NCBI GenBank assembly: GCA_050633305.1
Contig: JBOEGF010000006.1
Coordinates: forward strand, 32,001-96,000
Source: Nannocystales bacterium
GTDB lineage: Bacteria; Myxococcota_A; Polyangia; Nannocystales; Nannocystaceae
DNA length: 64,000 nucleotides
Reading direction: 5' to 3'
The notes beneath the pieces are model-generated. The model saw only the letters and a program-made list of their open reading frames with translations. It was not told where the DNA came from and did not search any database. A program made the translations under genes and the position numbers. Shown piece by piece: positions 9,109 to 19,364 of this stretch; position 1 is the first letter of the stretch, and every line of letters begins with the position of its first letter.

Positions 9109-10055
9109 CAGATCTTTCCCGCTTCCGCCTGGCTTGCCGCCTTGGACATATGCGTTTGGCTTCGGCTCGCGCCCCCCTCGTCTTTGCCGGGTCCGGCGAG
9201 AATGGACGATTGACCCGCCGCGGCCACGGCTTCGAGCGGCCTCGTCGCGCTCAGTGTGGAGGACGACGCGGAAGCGGCGGCCGCATCGTCCCGGGGGGCC
9301 GACAACCAAGCTTCGATACGCGCCTGGAGATCGTCGGGGGCGATGGGCTCGGAGATACCGCCGCGGTGCGCAACCCGGAGCTCCCCCCGTTCTTCACTGG
9401 CGATGATGACCAACGCGTCGGTTTCCTCGCTCACGCCGATCGCTCCCCGGTGCCGGGTGCCGAACCGAGGATCGAGGGTTTGCGCGGACAACGGGAGGAT
9501 CACACCAGCGCGAGACAGACGGAAGCCGTCCACGATGATTGCCCCGTCGTGCGCGGTGTTGGCGGCATGCGGAATGCACAGTGCAACCAGCGTTTCGGCC
9601 TTGAGCGCAGCATCGATCTCGGTGCCCACCCCGGTGGCCACCCCCATCACATCGATGTCGCCCTGAAGGACGACCAGCGCCCCAATACGCGCCCTCTTGA
9701 CCCGTTCGAGCCCGGCGACCAACTCCCCCATCGCCGACTGTGCGGCCTCGCGCCGGTTCGCAGGCAGGATCCGCTGACCCAGCACCAGCAGCATCCGGCG
9801 CAGTTCCTGCTGGAACACGACGATCAACAAGATGATGATCGACTCGAAGAAGTACTTCAGCAGAGAGGCGGAGGCGATGAGGTCGAGCTGACTCACCCCC
9901 CACGCCAACAACCCGAACACCGAGACCGCCACCAGGACGGGCACGGCACGCGTCCCACGGACCACCTTGAGCAGGTGGTAGACGATGACGACGAGCAAGC
10001 CGAAGTCGAGGCCATCTCGCCACGTCAGTGCTGCGACCCACTCTTGCGGGTTCAC
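9108..10055 (-). CDS. cdaA: Membrane-bound diadenylate cyclase (c-di-AMP synthase) CdaA/DacA
   Basis: Three N-terminal TM helices, FQQELRR, catalytic HDGA and GTRHR motifs, SEETDA...SEERG. Confidence 0.93.
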   Translation of the reverse strand: MNPQEWVAALTWRDGLDFGLLVVIVYHLLKVVRGTRAVPVLVAVSVFGLLAWGVSQLDLIASASLLKYFFESIIILLIVVFQQELRRMLLVLGQRILPANRREAAQSAMGELVAGLERVKRARIGALVVLQGDIDVMGVATGVGTEIDAALKAETLVALCIPHAANTAHDGAIIVDGFRLSRAGVILPLSAQTLDPRFGTRHRGAIGVSEETDALVIIASEERGELRVAHRGGISEPIAPDDLQARIEAWLSAPRDDAAAASASSSTLSATRPLEAVAAAGQSSILAGPGKDEGGASRSQTHMSKAASQAEAGKI

Positions 10056-10972
10056 GCGCCCTCCCCTGTGGCAGCCGCCGCGAGGCGACCCGCGTTTGCG
10101 GCTGCCCAGGCCCGTTCCACGGCCGCCGACACGGCCAATGCCTGAACGGTCTCCGCGACGTCATGCACACGGATCACCGCAGCGCCGTGCTGCACCGCCA
10201 CCACCGCCGCAGCCAGAGACCCCGGCAACCGATCGGCGGGTGCTGAAGGAATCACGGCCCCGATGAAGCTCTTGCGGGACGCTCCGATCATCACGGGAAC
10301 GCCCACGGCGCGTTCGAGCGTCGCGGAGCAGGCGACGAGCGCGGCACTTTGGGATGCCGTCTTGCCAAAGCCAACGCCGGGGTCGACCACGACATGCCCC
10401 AAAGAGACACCTGCATCTCGAGCATGGCCAATCGACACCTGGAGTTCGTCCGCGATGTCGCAGAGCAGGTCGCCGAACTCGATGGACGCCTGCATCGTGT
10501 CGGGCTGCCCACGTAAATGTCCAATGACAAGACCGGCTCCGTGACGGGCGACGACCTCCGCCATGGCCGGATCCGCCAGACCGGAGACGTCATTGACGAT
10601 GACCGCACCCGCCTCGAGGGCGGCCTCAGCCACAGACGCGCGCCGTGTATCCACGCTCACCGCCACCCCGAGCGGGAGCATCGCTCGAATCGCGGGCAGC
10701 ACCCGCGCCCGCTCCTGCTCCGCGTCGACGGGGCTCGCCCCCGGGCGCGTGGACTCCCCCCCGACATCCAACAGCCGAGCCCCCGCGCGGACCGCCGCTG
10801 CGGCCGACGCGTGGACCCGGTCGGGGTCGACCTCACCGGCGGGGGACAAGGCCCCGCCATCGTGAAAGCTGTCCGGGGTGGCGTTGAGCACCGCCATCAC
10901 GACCGGAGGCTCGAGTTCCAACGAGCCTCGCGCGTGCCGCCAAACTCGCGCGCCTGCGTCAGGGTCGTTCAT
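10052..10972 (-). CDS. folP: Dihydropteroate synthase
   Basis: LNATPDSF, DVGGESTRPG, SVDT, NDVSG, DPGVGFGK, SRKSFI and RVHDV motifs. Confidence 0.96.
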   Translation of the reverse strand: MNDPDAGARVWRHARGSLELEPPVVMAVLNATPDSFHDGGALSPAGEVDPDRVHASAAAAVRAGARLLDVGGESTRPGASPVDAEQERARVLPAIRAMLPLGVAVSVDTRRASVAEAALEAGAVIVNDVSGLADPAMAEVVARHGAGLVIGHLRGQPDTMQASIEFGDLLCDIADELQVSIGHARDAGVSLGHVVVDPGVGFGKTASQSAALVACSATLERAVGVPVMIGASRKSFIGAVIPSAPADRLPGSLAAAVVAVQHGAAVIRVHDVAETVQALAVSAAVERAWAAANAGRLAAAATGEGA

Positions 10973-11030
10973 CGGTTGCCCGATGGTATCGCTCCACGGC
11001 AGGCCCGTGCATCCCGGACTGGCCGCAACC

Positions 11031-12401
<1,371 letters not shown>

Positions 12402-12453
12402 GTCGCTAACGCTACCAGGCGAAGCGCTCAACTGGGAGACCGCGTCCGCCCGC

Positions 12454-12498
12454 AAAAAACACGAAAGGGCGCACGACTTTCGTCTGTGCGCCCTCGTG
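12454..12498 (-). terminator. Rho-independent terminator
   Basis: Minus strand reads CACGAGGGCGCACAGAC-GAAA-GTCGTGCGCCCTTTCGTG-TTTTTT, downstream of ORF 12552..12917. Confidence 0.8.
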
Positions 12499-12551
12499 GG
12501 GTGAAGGGACGAGCCCCCAAGCGTGGTCTGTGCGTGGGGGCCCCGGACAAC

Positions 12552-12917
12552 TCAGATGTAGAAGTCGACTTCCGCGATACCGCGCTCCGGCTCACTCGAC
12601 GGCTCGTCGACTTTCTCTTCGACGGCGGGGCGGCGGCTCGGGGCTTCGAGTGTCAGCTCGAGACGAGCGCCTTGCGTCGAATTGCGCCGTTTGCGCGCCC
12701 CACGATAGCCCTTGGGGGACTCAGACGTGGAAGGGGTTGGCAGAACCTTGGGGATCCGAAGCATGGTCATGGCGCGCAGTCCCGCAGCCAGGTCCTCGTC
12801 CGTTGCCGGAGCCGTGAACGCCGCAGGTGCGAGGATTTCGCCACAAACGGCGCTCAGTTCCGATTTTTCCGCACACATCGGGGTGCGGGACATCGTGCGA
12901 TGAGCGGATGCAGTCAT
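12552..12917 (-). CDS. Small hypothetical protein (C-terminal ERGIAEVDFYI); true start may be nearer 12770
   Basis: The ORF fills the gap and is followed by a clear terminator. Its C-terminal half looks protein-like. Confidence 0.5.
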   Translation of the reverse strand: MTASAHRTMSRTPMCAEKSELSAVCGEILAPAAFTAPATDEDLAAGLRAMTMLRIPKVLPTPSTSESPKGYRGARKRRNSTQGARLELTLEAPSRRPAVEEKVDEPSSEPERGIAEVDFYI

Positions 12918-13049
12918 CTGAGATCATCGTAACGCGTGTGCGAGCCCACGCAAGGGGCACACACAAAGTCTCCCGAGATGCTGCGGAACACTGTAGGCTC
13001 CGCGGTCGCCTTCATCCTACACTGGGGAATCGCACAGTGCCGACCGCGC

Positions 13050-13721
13050 CTAACCGCCGCTGGACGCCGCTGCGCTGCCCAGAAAATCGACGATAACCCA
13101 ATGATCTCCCTCGTGTTCGAGGTGAACCACGTGGGTCGGTCCGACCGTCAGCGTGGCCTCGTGTGTATCGGCGACGATGGCGTCGGCCAGGTGGGATGCC
13201 ACCGCGTCTCTCGCCGTTTTCAGCACATCCGCGTACTCCCCCTCGCTCCACGCGATCTGCAGATCGTCCTCGGATAGGCCCATCCGGTAGCGCTTCGGAG
13301 CGAGCCGAAGAACAACATCCCACCGCTGCGCGCGAGTCGCCCACACCAGAGCCCGCAGCGCGTGGCGGGGTGTATCGCTGGCGTAGACCGCGGTTGGGTC
13401 CTCCGCGAACCGCCAGCCCTGTGGGGTCTGCACGACGTCGACCGGGAAATCGGGCGCGAGAAAGACCACCGCGGTCGGCTCGACCGCCAGTGGCTTCTTC
13501 AGGGCCGACTTCCACGGCCCGCGCGCATCCTCAGAGACGATCGCCTGAGTATCCAACGTTCCGCGCATGCCCGGCGCAGCGGTCGCGGTCACGGCCCCTG
13601 CGTCCCCCCGCGCAATGGAGCGGGAGAGCTGCTGACTGGACCGCTGCAGATCCCGACTGGCGTCGTGCCCGCACGCGGTCGCGAGCAGAGCGGACACGGT
13701 GGCGAGCAGAGCACGACGCAT
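13050..13721 (-). CDS. Hypothetical lipoprotein
   Basis: Signal MRRALLATVSALLATAC (lipobox); starts 4 nt after the fabZ stop. Confidence 0.75.
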   Translation of the reverse strand: MRRALLATVSALLATACGHDASRDLQRSSQQLSRSIARGDAGAVTATAAPGMRGTLDTQAIVSEDARGPWKSALKKPLAVEPTAVVFLAPDFPVDVVQTPQGWRFAEDPTAVYASDTPRHALRALVWATRAQRWDVVLRLAPKRYRMGLSEDDLQIAWSEGEYADVLKTARDAVASHLADAIVADTHEATLTVGPTHVVHLEHEGDHWVIVDFLGSAAASSGG

Positions 13722-13725
13722 CGGT

Positions 13726-14202
13726 TCACCCTGCGGGCGCGTCGGCCTTGGACTTGGCCGCGGCTTTGTCCTTGGGCTCGATGACGGCGGTGATCGTGGC
13801 GCTGCTGCGCAGCTCCTCGCCGACGTAGCACTCGCCGGTGAACTTGCCGACCCGCCCCAGACGCTCGGCGTTCACGCGGATCTGAAGCACGTCCCCAGGC
13901 GCGACGACCCCTCGAAACTTCGCCTCTTTGATGCCGATGAAGTAGCAGTGGTGGAGTTCGGGATCGAAGCGGCCCGACTTGTTCGCAAGGATGACGGCGG
14001 CCTGCGCCATCGCCTCGACCTGCACAACGCCGGGGAGCACGGCATGCCCCGGAAAGTGTCCCTGCAGGATGCTGCTGCTCATCGACACCAGGTGCTCCGC
14101 GACAATGGACGTGTCGGGCTCGACCTCGACGACACGGTCGATGAAGAGGAAGGGGTACCGGTGCGGGAGAATGGTCTGGATCTCGGTGGAATCGATCGCC
14201 AT
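13726..14202 (-). CDS. fabZ: 3-hydroxyacyl-ACP dehydratase
   Basis: LPHRYPFLFIDRV, GHFP, PGV...EAMAQ and FRGVVAPGD motifs. Confidence 0.95.
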   Translation of the reverse strand: MAIDSTEIQTILPHRYPFLFIDRVVEVEPDTSIVAEHLVSMSSSILQGHFPGHAVLPGVVQVEAMAQAAVILANKSGRFDPELHHCYFIGIKEAKFRGVVAPGDVLQIRVNAERLGRVGKFTGECYVGEELRSSATITAVIEPKDKAAAKSKADAPAG

Positions 14203-14291
14203 GCGTAGGCCGCCAGAAATGCGAGAAGCCCGCTATCCCAACGACGTTGGAACAAGCGGGCCCCGAGCATACAGAGGCGATGTCGCCTGCG

Positions 14292-14834
14292 CTACTTGTG
14301 CTTGGCGTCGTACTTTTTGATGACGCTGCTGGTCACGTCGAAGGCGTCCTTGGCATAGATGACCGTCATCTGGTCGCGTACCAGGACAAGATCGATGCCC
14401 TCGGACTTCGCCATCGCAGCCACGATCGACTGGGCGTTTCGGTACATCTTCTCGAGCATCTTGTTGTGCTGCTCACCAAGCTCCTGCTCGAGCGCGTAGA
14501 GCATGCTCTGCAGCTCCATGGACTCGCGCTGGAGCTTTTCCTGCGTCTCCATGAGCTTCTGCCCGGACATGCCTTCGAGCTTCGCAGCGTCGGCTTCGAG
14601 TTTCTTTCGCTTCTTGTCCAGCTTGCCTTGCTTGGCCTTGGAGCTGGACTCGAGTTCCTTGCGGGCGCGCTTGCCCGCGGTGGTCTCGTTGAGCACGCGC
14701 TGCATGTCGACCATCGCGATCTTCTTGACCGCGGGGACTTCGGCCTGTGCAGATGCGACGGGCGCGAGCGAGACGATGCCTCCCAGGGACAGGGCGGCAG
14801 CAACAGTGATGGACTTGAGGATACGGCGGGTCAT
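14292..14834 (-). CDS. skp: OmpH/Skp periplasmic chaperone (copy 1)
   Basis: Signal peptide, KIAMVDMQRVL, coiled coil, C-terminal DVTSSVIKKYD. SD AGGAG. Confidence 0.88.
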   Translation of the reverse strand: MTRRILKSITVAAALSLGGIVSLAPVASAQAEVPAVKKIAMVDMQRVLNETTAGKRARKELESSSKAKQGKLDKKRKKLEADAAKLEGMSGQKLMETQEKLQRESMELQSMLYALEQELGEQHNKMLEKMYRNAQSIVAAMAKSEGIDLVLVRDQMTVIYAKDAFDVTSSVIKKYDAKHK

Positions 14835-14854
14835 GATGGACTCCTGGAACAGCA

Positions 14855-15397
14855 TCACTTCTTCGAGTTTTGCTTGTCGTAGCGCACGATGACGCGGTTG
14901 GTGAGGTCGAGTTTGGGTGCGGCGTACAGCACGGTCAGCTCGGAACGGACGAGCACGACCTGCACGCCGTCTTCGAGGGCCACCTGCTTCACGATCGCAG
15001 AGACCTTGTTGTAGATTTTCTCGGTGAGGAGAGCCTCTTTGCTGGCAACCTCCTCCTGAAGCTCCATGCCCAGCTGCTGCAGCTCGGACTGAGAGCGCAT
15101 CAGCTCCTGCTGGCGCTTCATCAGCTCGGCTTGCGAGAGCATGCTCGCCTTGGCTTGTAGGTCGCGGAGCTTGGACTCCAGCTTCTTCGCCTTGGCGTCG
15201 AGCTTGACCTGGCCCTTGGAGAACGTGCGCTCAAGGTCCTTCTTGGCCGCCCGTCCTTCCTTGGTCTCCATCAGGCAGCGCTGAACGTCGACGATGGCGA
15301 TCTTCTCGATTTTGGGGACAGCTGCTTGGACCGGAGCGGTCGGAGCAACCCCGGCGAACAACACGGTCGCCAGGCTGAGGAAGAGGACTCGACGCAT
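14855..15397 (-). CDS. skp: OmpH/Skp periplasmic chaperone (copy 2)
   Basis: KIAIVDVQRCL, coiled coil and DLTNRVIVRYD. Tandem paralogue next to bamA. Confidence 0.88.
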   Translation of the reverse strand: MRRVLFLSLATVLFAGVAPTAPVQAAVPKIEKIAIVDVQRCLMETKEGRAAKKDLERTFSKGQVKLDAKAKKLESKLRDLQAKASMLSQAELMKRQQELMRSQSELQQLGMELQEEVASKEALLTEKIYNKVSAIVKQVALEDGVQVVLVRSELTVLYAAPKLDLTNRVIVRYDKQNSKK

Positions 15398-15691
15398 GGG
15401 GGGCACCTTAGTGGTTGGAAAACACGCCGGCAAGGGCCGGTGCGGTTGGGACGGCCGGCGTTTGGGACACATTCACGGCGTTTTGGGACGTACACGCGAA
15501 TGGTTGCGCGAATCCGCGGTTCGCTCGGGGCAGGCCTCCGCGTCCGCGGTGATCTGGGACACGTTGACCCAGGAGCCGCGATGCTCAGCGCGACAAGGAA
15601 GCGAATAGGTCGTCTTGCACTACCGCAGACCTTGCCCCGCCCGCTCCTCCTTTGCCGGTGGGAGCCCACCGAGGAGGACCGAGTCGTCAGT

Positions 15692-18274
15692 TTAGAACGA
15701 GTTGCCGATCGAGAACTCGAACACCACGGGGTCGTCGGCGATCGGGTCGAAGTCGGTGCCGCGTTGGCGGTCGATCGGGAAGCCCCACTCGAAGCGCAGC
15801 GGGCCGATGGGCGAGCGCCACCGGAAGCCGAAGCCAACCGAGTAGCGGAGGTCGCGGACGCGGAAGCCCGAGCACGGATCAGCCTTCGGCAGGTCTGAGG
15901 GGTTGGGCTGCTCGCAGAACAGCGACTCCGTGTTGAAGGCGTTGCCGATGTCCGAGAAGATCACGCCCTTGATGTTGGCGGGCGGGATCATCATGAACTC
16001 AAGCTCGGCGTTCATCGCCGTGAGCAGGTTTCCGCCGACCTCGTAGGGTGCGATCTGGTCGGAGGGACCAGGACCACTCGCGACCCGAATCTTCGGACCG
16101 AGACTTCGCAGACGGAACCCGCGAATCTCACCTGCGCCGTAGATGCCGCCGGGGAAGTAGCGCTCGAAGATCGGCACGCCCTGGGGCTGCATGCTGTGCA
16201 CGTAGCCGACCTGGAACCGGGTCTTGAACACCAGCCACGCGCGGAACTGCTGCTTGGAGCGGATGACCGGGAAGTAGAAGCGCGAGTCCAACGTGTAGCG
16301 GTTGAAGCGGTTCTGCGAACCGAAGTACTTGCTCGCGAACTCACCGCGCAGCTGGTGGAACTGCCCCGATGTTGGGAACAGAAAGTTGTCCCGCGTGTCG
16401 TACTGCAACCGAGCGGTCAACGCAGAGGTGATTCCGTCGGAGAACAGGTTGCTGATCAGGAACTGCTGCGGAACGGTGACCAACGAGCCTGGCGAGAACA
16501 CGCCGCCGATCGACCCGAAGGAGCCGAAGCTGACGTTCACGTCCTCGAGGTTGTAGCCAAAGAACAGCGTCAGGTCGCGCAGGATCGGATAACCCCAGCT
16601 GACCCGGAAGCCCGTACTTCGCCGCTGGAAGCTGGGGAAAATGTTCTGCGAGTTGAAGACGTTGAAGAGGAAGTTCCAACGGCTATCGAGGAAGTAGCGC
16701 GTGAAGTACGAGAGGTTGAACAGGCGGCGCAGACTGGAGAGCTGTGCGACGACCTGAACCGTCGCCCCACGGCCGAGGAAGTTGTCGTAGGAGACTTGGC
16801 CCTGAAGGACGAAGTTCTCGATGGTGGAGAAGCCGGCACCGACCTGGAAGGTTCCGGTGAGCTGCTCGACGACCTCGACGTTAATGACGATCCGGTTGTC
16901 GGCTGATCCGCGCGAGGTCGAAACGTTGACCTGCGAGAAGTACCCCAGGCGCAGCACCCGGTACTCCGAGCCTTCTTTTTTGGTCTCGGAGTAGAGGTCC
17001 CCCTCGGAGAACTCCATCTCGCGCCGAATGACCTTCTCTGCGGTCTTCTCGTTGCCGGTGATGTCGATGCGTTCGATGTAGACCAGCGGACCCTTTTGGA
17101 TCTCGTAGGTCATGTACAGCTCGAGCTTCTCCGGGTCTTGCCGAGAGTTCGGGATCACGTTGACGTACGCGTGGCCCGAGTCCTTGTAGCGGCGCTCGAT
17201 CGCCTCGCGGATCGTCTGAATCTTGCCCGTGGACGCGACGTCGCCGACCTTGAGGATCGGGTCGATCTGCTCCTTGAGCATCTGCTCCGTGTAGAGTTCC
17301 TGCTCGCCGGCCTGGAGGGCCTCCTTGGCACGGATCTGGCCGATGTGGAACTGCGGGCCTTCGTCGACCGGAATGGTCAGGTAGACGAAGCGGCGGTCTG
17401 CCGAGAGCGACAGCTCGGGGTCCTTGATCGAGGGGTTGAGGTACCCCATGTCGCCGTAGAAGCTCCGCAGGAAACTGTAGTCCTGCTGGAACTGCTCGCG
17501 GTTGAAGAAGCCCCCTGCCCGCTGCGCGACGACGGAGATGTACCCGCCGACTCGGGTGGAGACATTCTTTCGGAGTTCGGCGTCCGTGAACGCTTTGTTC
17601 CCCACGAAGTCGATCTGCCGAACGATCACCTCGGTCGACTCGGTGACCACGATGGCGAGGTCGACCTTACCGGGCTCGTCCGGAACCGGGCGCAACTCGT
17701 AGCTCACCTCTGCGAGGAAGAAGCCGCTGGCGGTGTAGAGCGCTTTGACCTTCTCGATGTTCTCGGCAACCTTGCCCAGATCGAGGACCTCGTTCTTCTC
17801 GAGGTCGAGTTCCTCGTTGATGTCGTCGAGTTTGATCTCGTCGTTGCCCTCGATGATGATCTTGCGGACGCTGGGTCGCTCCGTGACCACGTAGGTCAGG
17901 ACGACACCGCGGGAGAGCAGCTCGCCCTCGACCCGAACATCTTCGAAGTAGCCCAGGGCCCACAGCCGCTTGAGGTCCGTCGCGAGTTTTCGCTGGCTGA
18001 CGAGTTCTCCGACGTTGCTGTCGAGCTCCAACAGCATCGCCTCGGATTCGACCCGGCGGTTGCCCTCGAACCGGACCTCGACGATCGGCTGCCCGTAGAC
18101 GTCGTCGCCGACCCCTTCAGCGATCGTCTGTAGGAGTGCGGCGTACTGCTGTGCTGGCACCGGGATCGCAGCGCCCACCGAGCGGGGCAGGAGCGTCGCC
18201 GCCACGACAAAACAGGTGAGGAGCAAGCCTCCCCACTTCGCCAGGACACGGTGCATGCCGAACGCGCGACTCAT
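15692..18274 (-). CDS. bamA: Outer membrane protein assembly factor BamA
   Basis: POTRA repeats (FEGN, IEGN, FVGN, ITGNEKT...VIRRE), IRGF motif, SPIGPLRFEWG and terminal F. Confidence 0.96.
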   Translation of the reverse strand: MSRAFGMHRVLAKWGGLLLTCFVVAATLLPRSVGAAIPVPAQQYAALLQTIAEGVGDDVYGQPIVEVRFEGNRRVESEAMLLELDSNVGELVSQRKLATDLKRLWALGYFEDVRVEGELLSRGVVLTYVVTERPSVRKIIIEGNDEIKLDDINEELDLEKNEVLDLGKVAENIEKVKALYTASGFFLAEVSYELRPVPDEPGKVDLAIVVTESTEVIVRQIDFVGNKAFTDAELRKNVSTRVGGYISVVAQRAGGFFNREQFQQDYSFLRSFYGDMGYLNPSIKDPELSLSADRRFVYLTIPVDEGPQFHIGQIRAKEALQAGEQELYTEQMLKEQIDPILKVGDVASTGKIQTIREAIERRYKDSGHAYVNVIPNSRQDPEKLELYMTYEIQKGPLVYIERIDITGNEKTAEKVIRREMEFSEGDLYSETKKEGSEYRVLRLGYFSQVNVSTSRGSADNRIVINVEVVEQLTGTFQVGAGFSTIENFVLQGQVSYDNFLGRGATVQVVAQLSSLRRLFNLSYFTRYFLDSRWNFLFNVFNSQNIFPSFQRRSTGFRVSWGYPILRDLTLFFGYNLEDVNVSFGSFGSIGGVFSPGSLVTVPQQFLISNLFSDGITSALTARLQYDTRDNFLFPTSGQFHQLRGEFASKYFGSQNRFNRYTLDSRFYFPVIRSKQQFRAWLVFKTRFQVGYVHSMQPQGVPIFERYFPGGIYGAGEIRGFRLRSLGPKIRVASGPGPSDQIAPYEVGGNLLTAMNAELEFMMIPPANIKGVIFSDIGNAFNTESLFCEQPNPSDLPKADPCSGFRVRDLRYSVGFGFRWRSPIGPLRFEWGFPIDRQRGTDFDPIADDPVVFEFSIGNSF

Positions 18275-19122
18275 TCGCCCTGCCCTTCGTCGTGCCCCGC
18301 CCCAGCTTCGGCTTCGGCTTCGGCTTCGGCTTCGGGGGCGCGGCTGTCGGGTTCGGCGTCCGGGTCCATGAAGGCGAGCGCGCGGGCGCGTGCGAGTTCT
18401 TCTTCAGATTTTTGCTCGCTTGCGATCAGTCGTCCGTCTTGCATCCGAATGCTGCGTGGCACTTGCGAGGCGAGCTCGCGGTTGTGCGTGACGATCAGCA
18501 TCGTGATCCGCTGCTCTTCATTGAGGCGGAAGAGCAGCTGGTGGACTTCACGGCTGGTCTTGGTATCGAGGTTGCCCGTCGGCTCGTCGGCGAGCAGCAA
18601 GCGCGGCTTCATGACCAGCGCCCGCGCGATGGCGACACGCTGCTGCTCTCCGCCGGAGAGTTCGCCAGGCCGATGTGTCAGGCGCTTGCTCATCCCCACT
18701 GCATCCAGGAGTTCTTCGGCGCGCTGCTTGGCTTCCCGGTTGGGGAGGCGCGCGATCATGGCCGGCATCATCACGTTTTCGAGCGCGGAGAACTCAGGGA
18801 GGAGGTGGTGGAACTGGAAGACGAAACCAATGGTTTCGTTGCGGAACTTCGCGAGTTCCGGAGGCGGAAGGGAGACGACGTCCGTCCCTCCGAAGAGAAT
18901 CTGGCCGCGGGTTGGAAGGTCGAGGGTTCCAACGCAGTGCAGCAGCGTGGACTTTCCAGCTCCGGAGGGGCCGACAATGGTGGCGCACTCGCCCCGGAAC
19001 AGGGTGAGGCTGACCTCGGAGAGGACCCGCAGCGGAGGCGCATTGCCGCGCTCGAACTCCTTGGTCATCCGGACGGCACGAAGAAGGACTTCGGCTCCGG
19101 CGTCGGGGGGCGATGCGGTCAT
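18271..19122 (-). CDS. lolD: Lipoprotein-releasing ABC transporter ATPase LolD
   Basis: GPSGAGKS, GFVFQFHHLL (LolD motif), LSGGEQQRVAIARAL, ADEPTGNLD. Confidence 0.9.
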   Translation of the reverse strand: MTASPPDAGAEVLLRAVRMTKEFERGNAPPLRVLSEVSLTLFRGECATIVGPSGAGKSTLLHCVGTLDLPTRGQILFGGTDVVSLPPPELAKFRNETIGFVFQFHHLLPEFSALENVMMPAMIARLPNREAKQRAEELLDAVGMSKRLTHRPGELSGGEQQRVAIARALVMKPRLLLADEPTGNLDTKTSREVHQLLFRLNEEQRITMLIVTHNRELASQVPRSIRMQDGRLIASEQKSEEELARARALAFMDPDAEPDSRAPEAEAEAEAEAGAGHDEGQGE

Positions 19123-19189
19123 GGGTTTGGCGGGTGGGAACGCTGAGAAACGCCGGTCAAAGCCGGATTTCCCCGGCAAAAGCCGCGGC

Positions 19190-19219
19190 AGCGTACGCCG
19201 CGGTGCTTCACAGTGTCAA
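19190..19219 (-). promoter_or_regulatory. Putative sigma70 promoter for lolD-bamA
   Basis: TTGACA-18 nt-TACGCT in the lolC/E-lolD gap. Confidence 0.55.
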
Positions 19220-19364
19220 CGCGCGTGGGGAGGCTTCCGAAGGGCGCCGTGACGCGGACTACTGCCCGCCCGAAAGCCGCAAGTAGACGCTGGTCAAACG
19301 GCGGGGGAGGCTCCCGCGGCCGCGGTTGGCACCGGAAGCACCGGACCCAAGGGGCGCGCGCAAC

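Noticed and set aside
18305..18334. (GCTTCG)5 microsatellite, and similar hexamer runs near 2743 and 32797
   Set aside because: These are in-frame dipeptide repeats in disordered segments and have no frameshifting potential.
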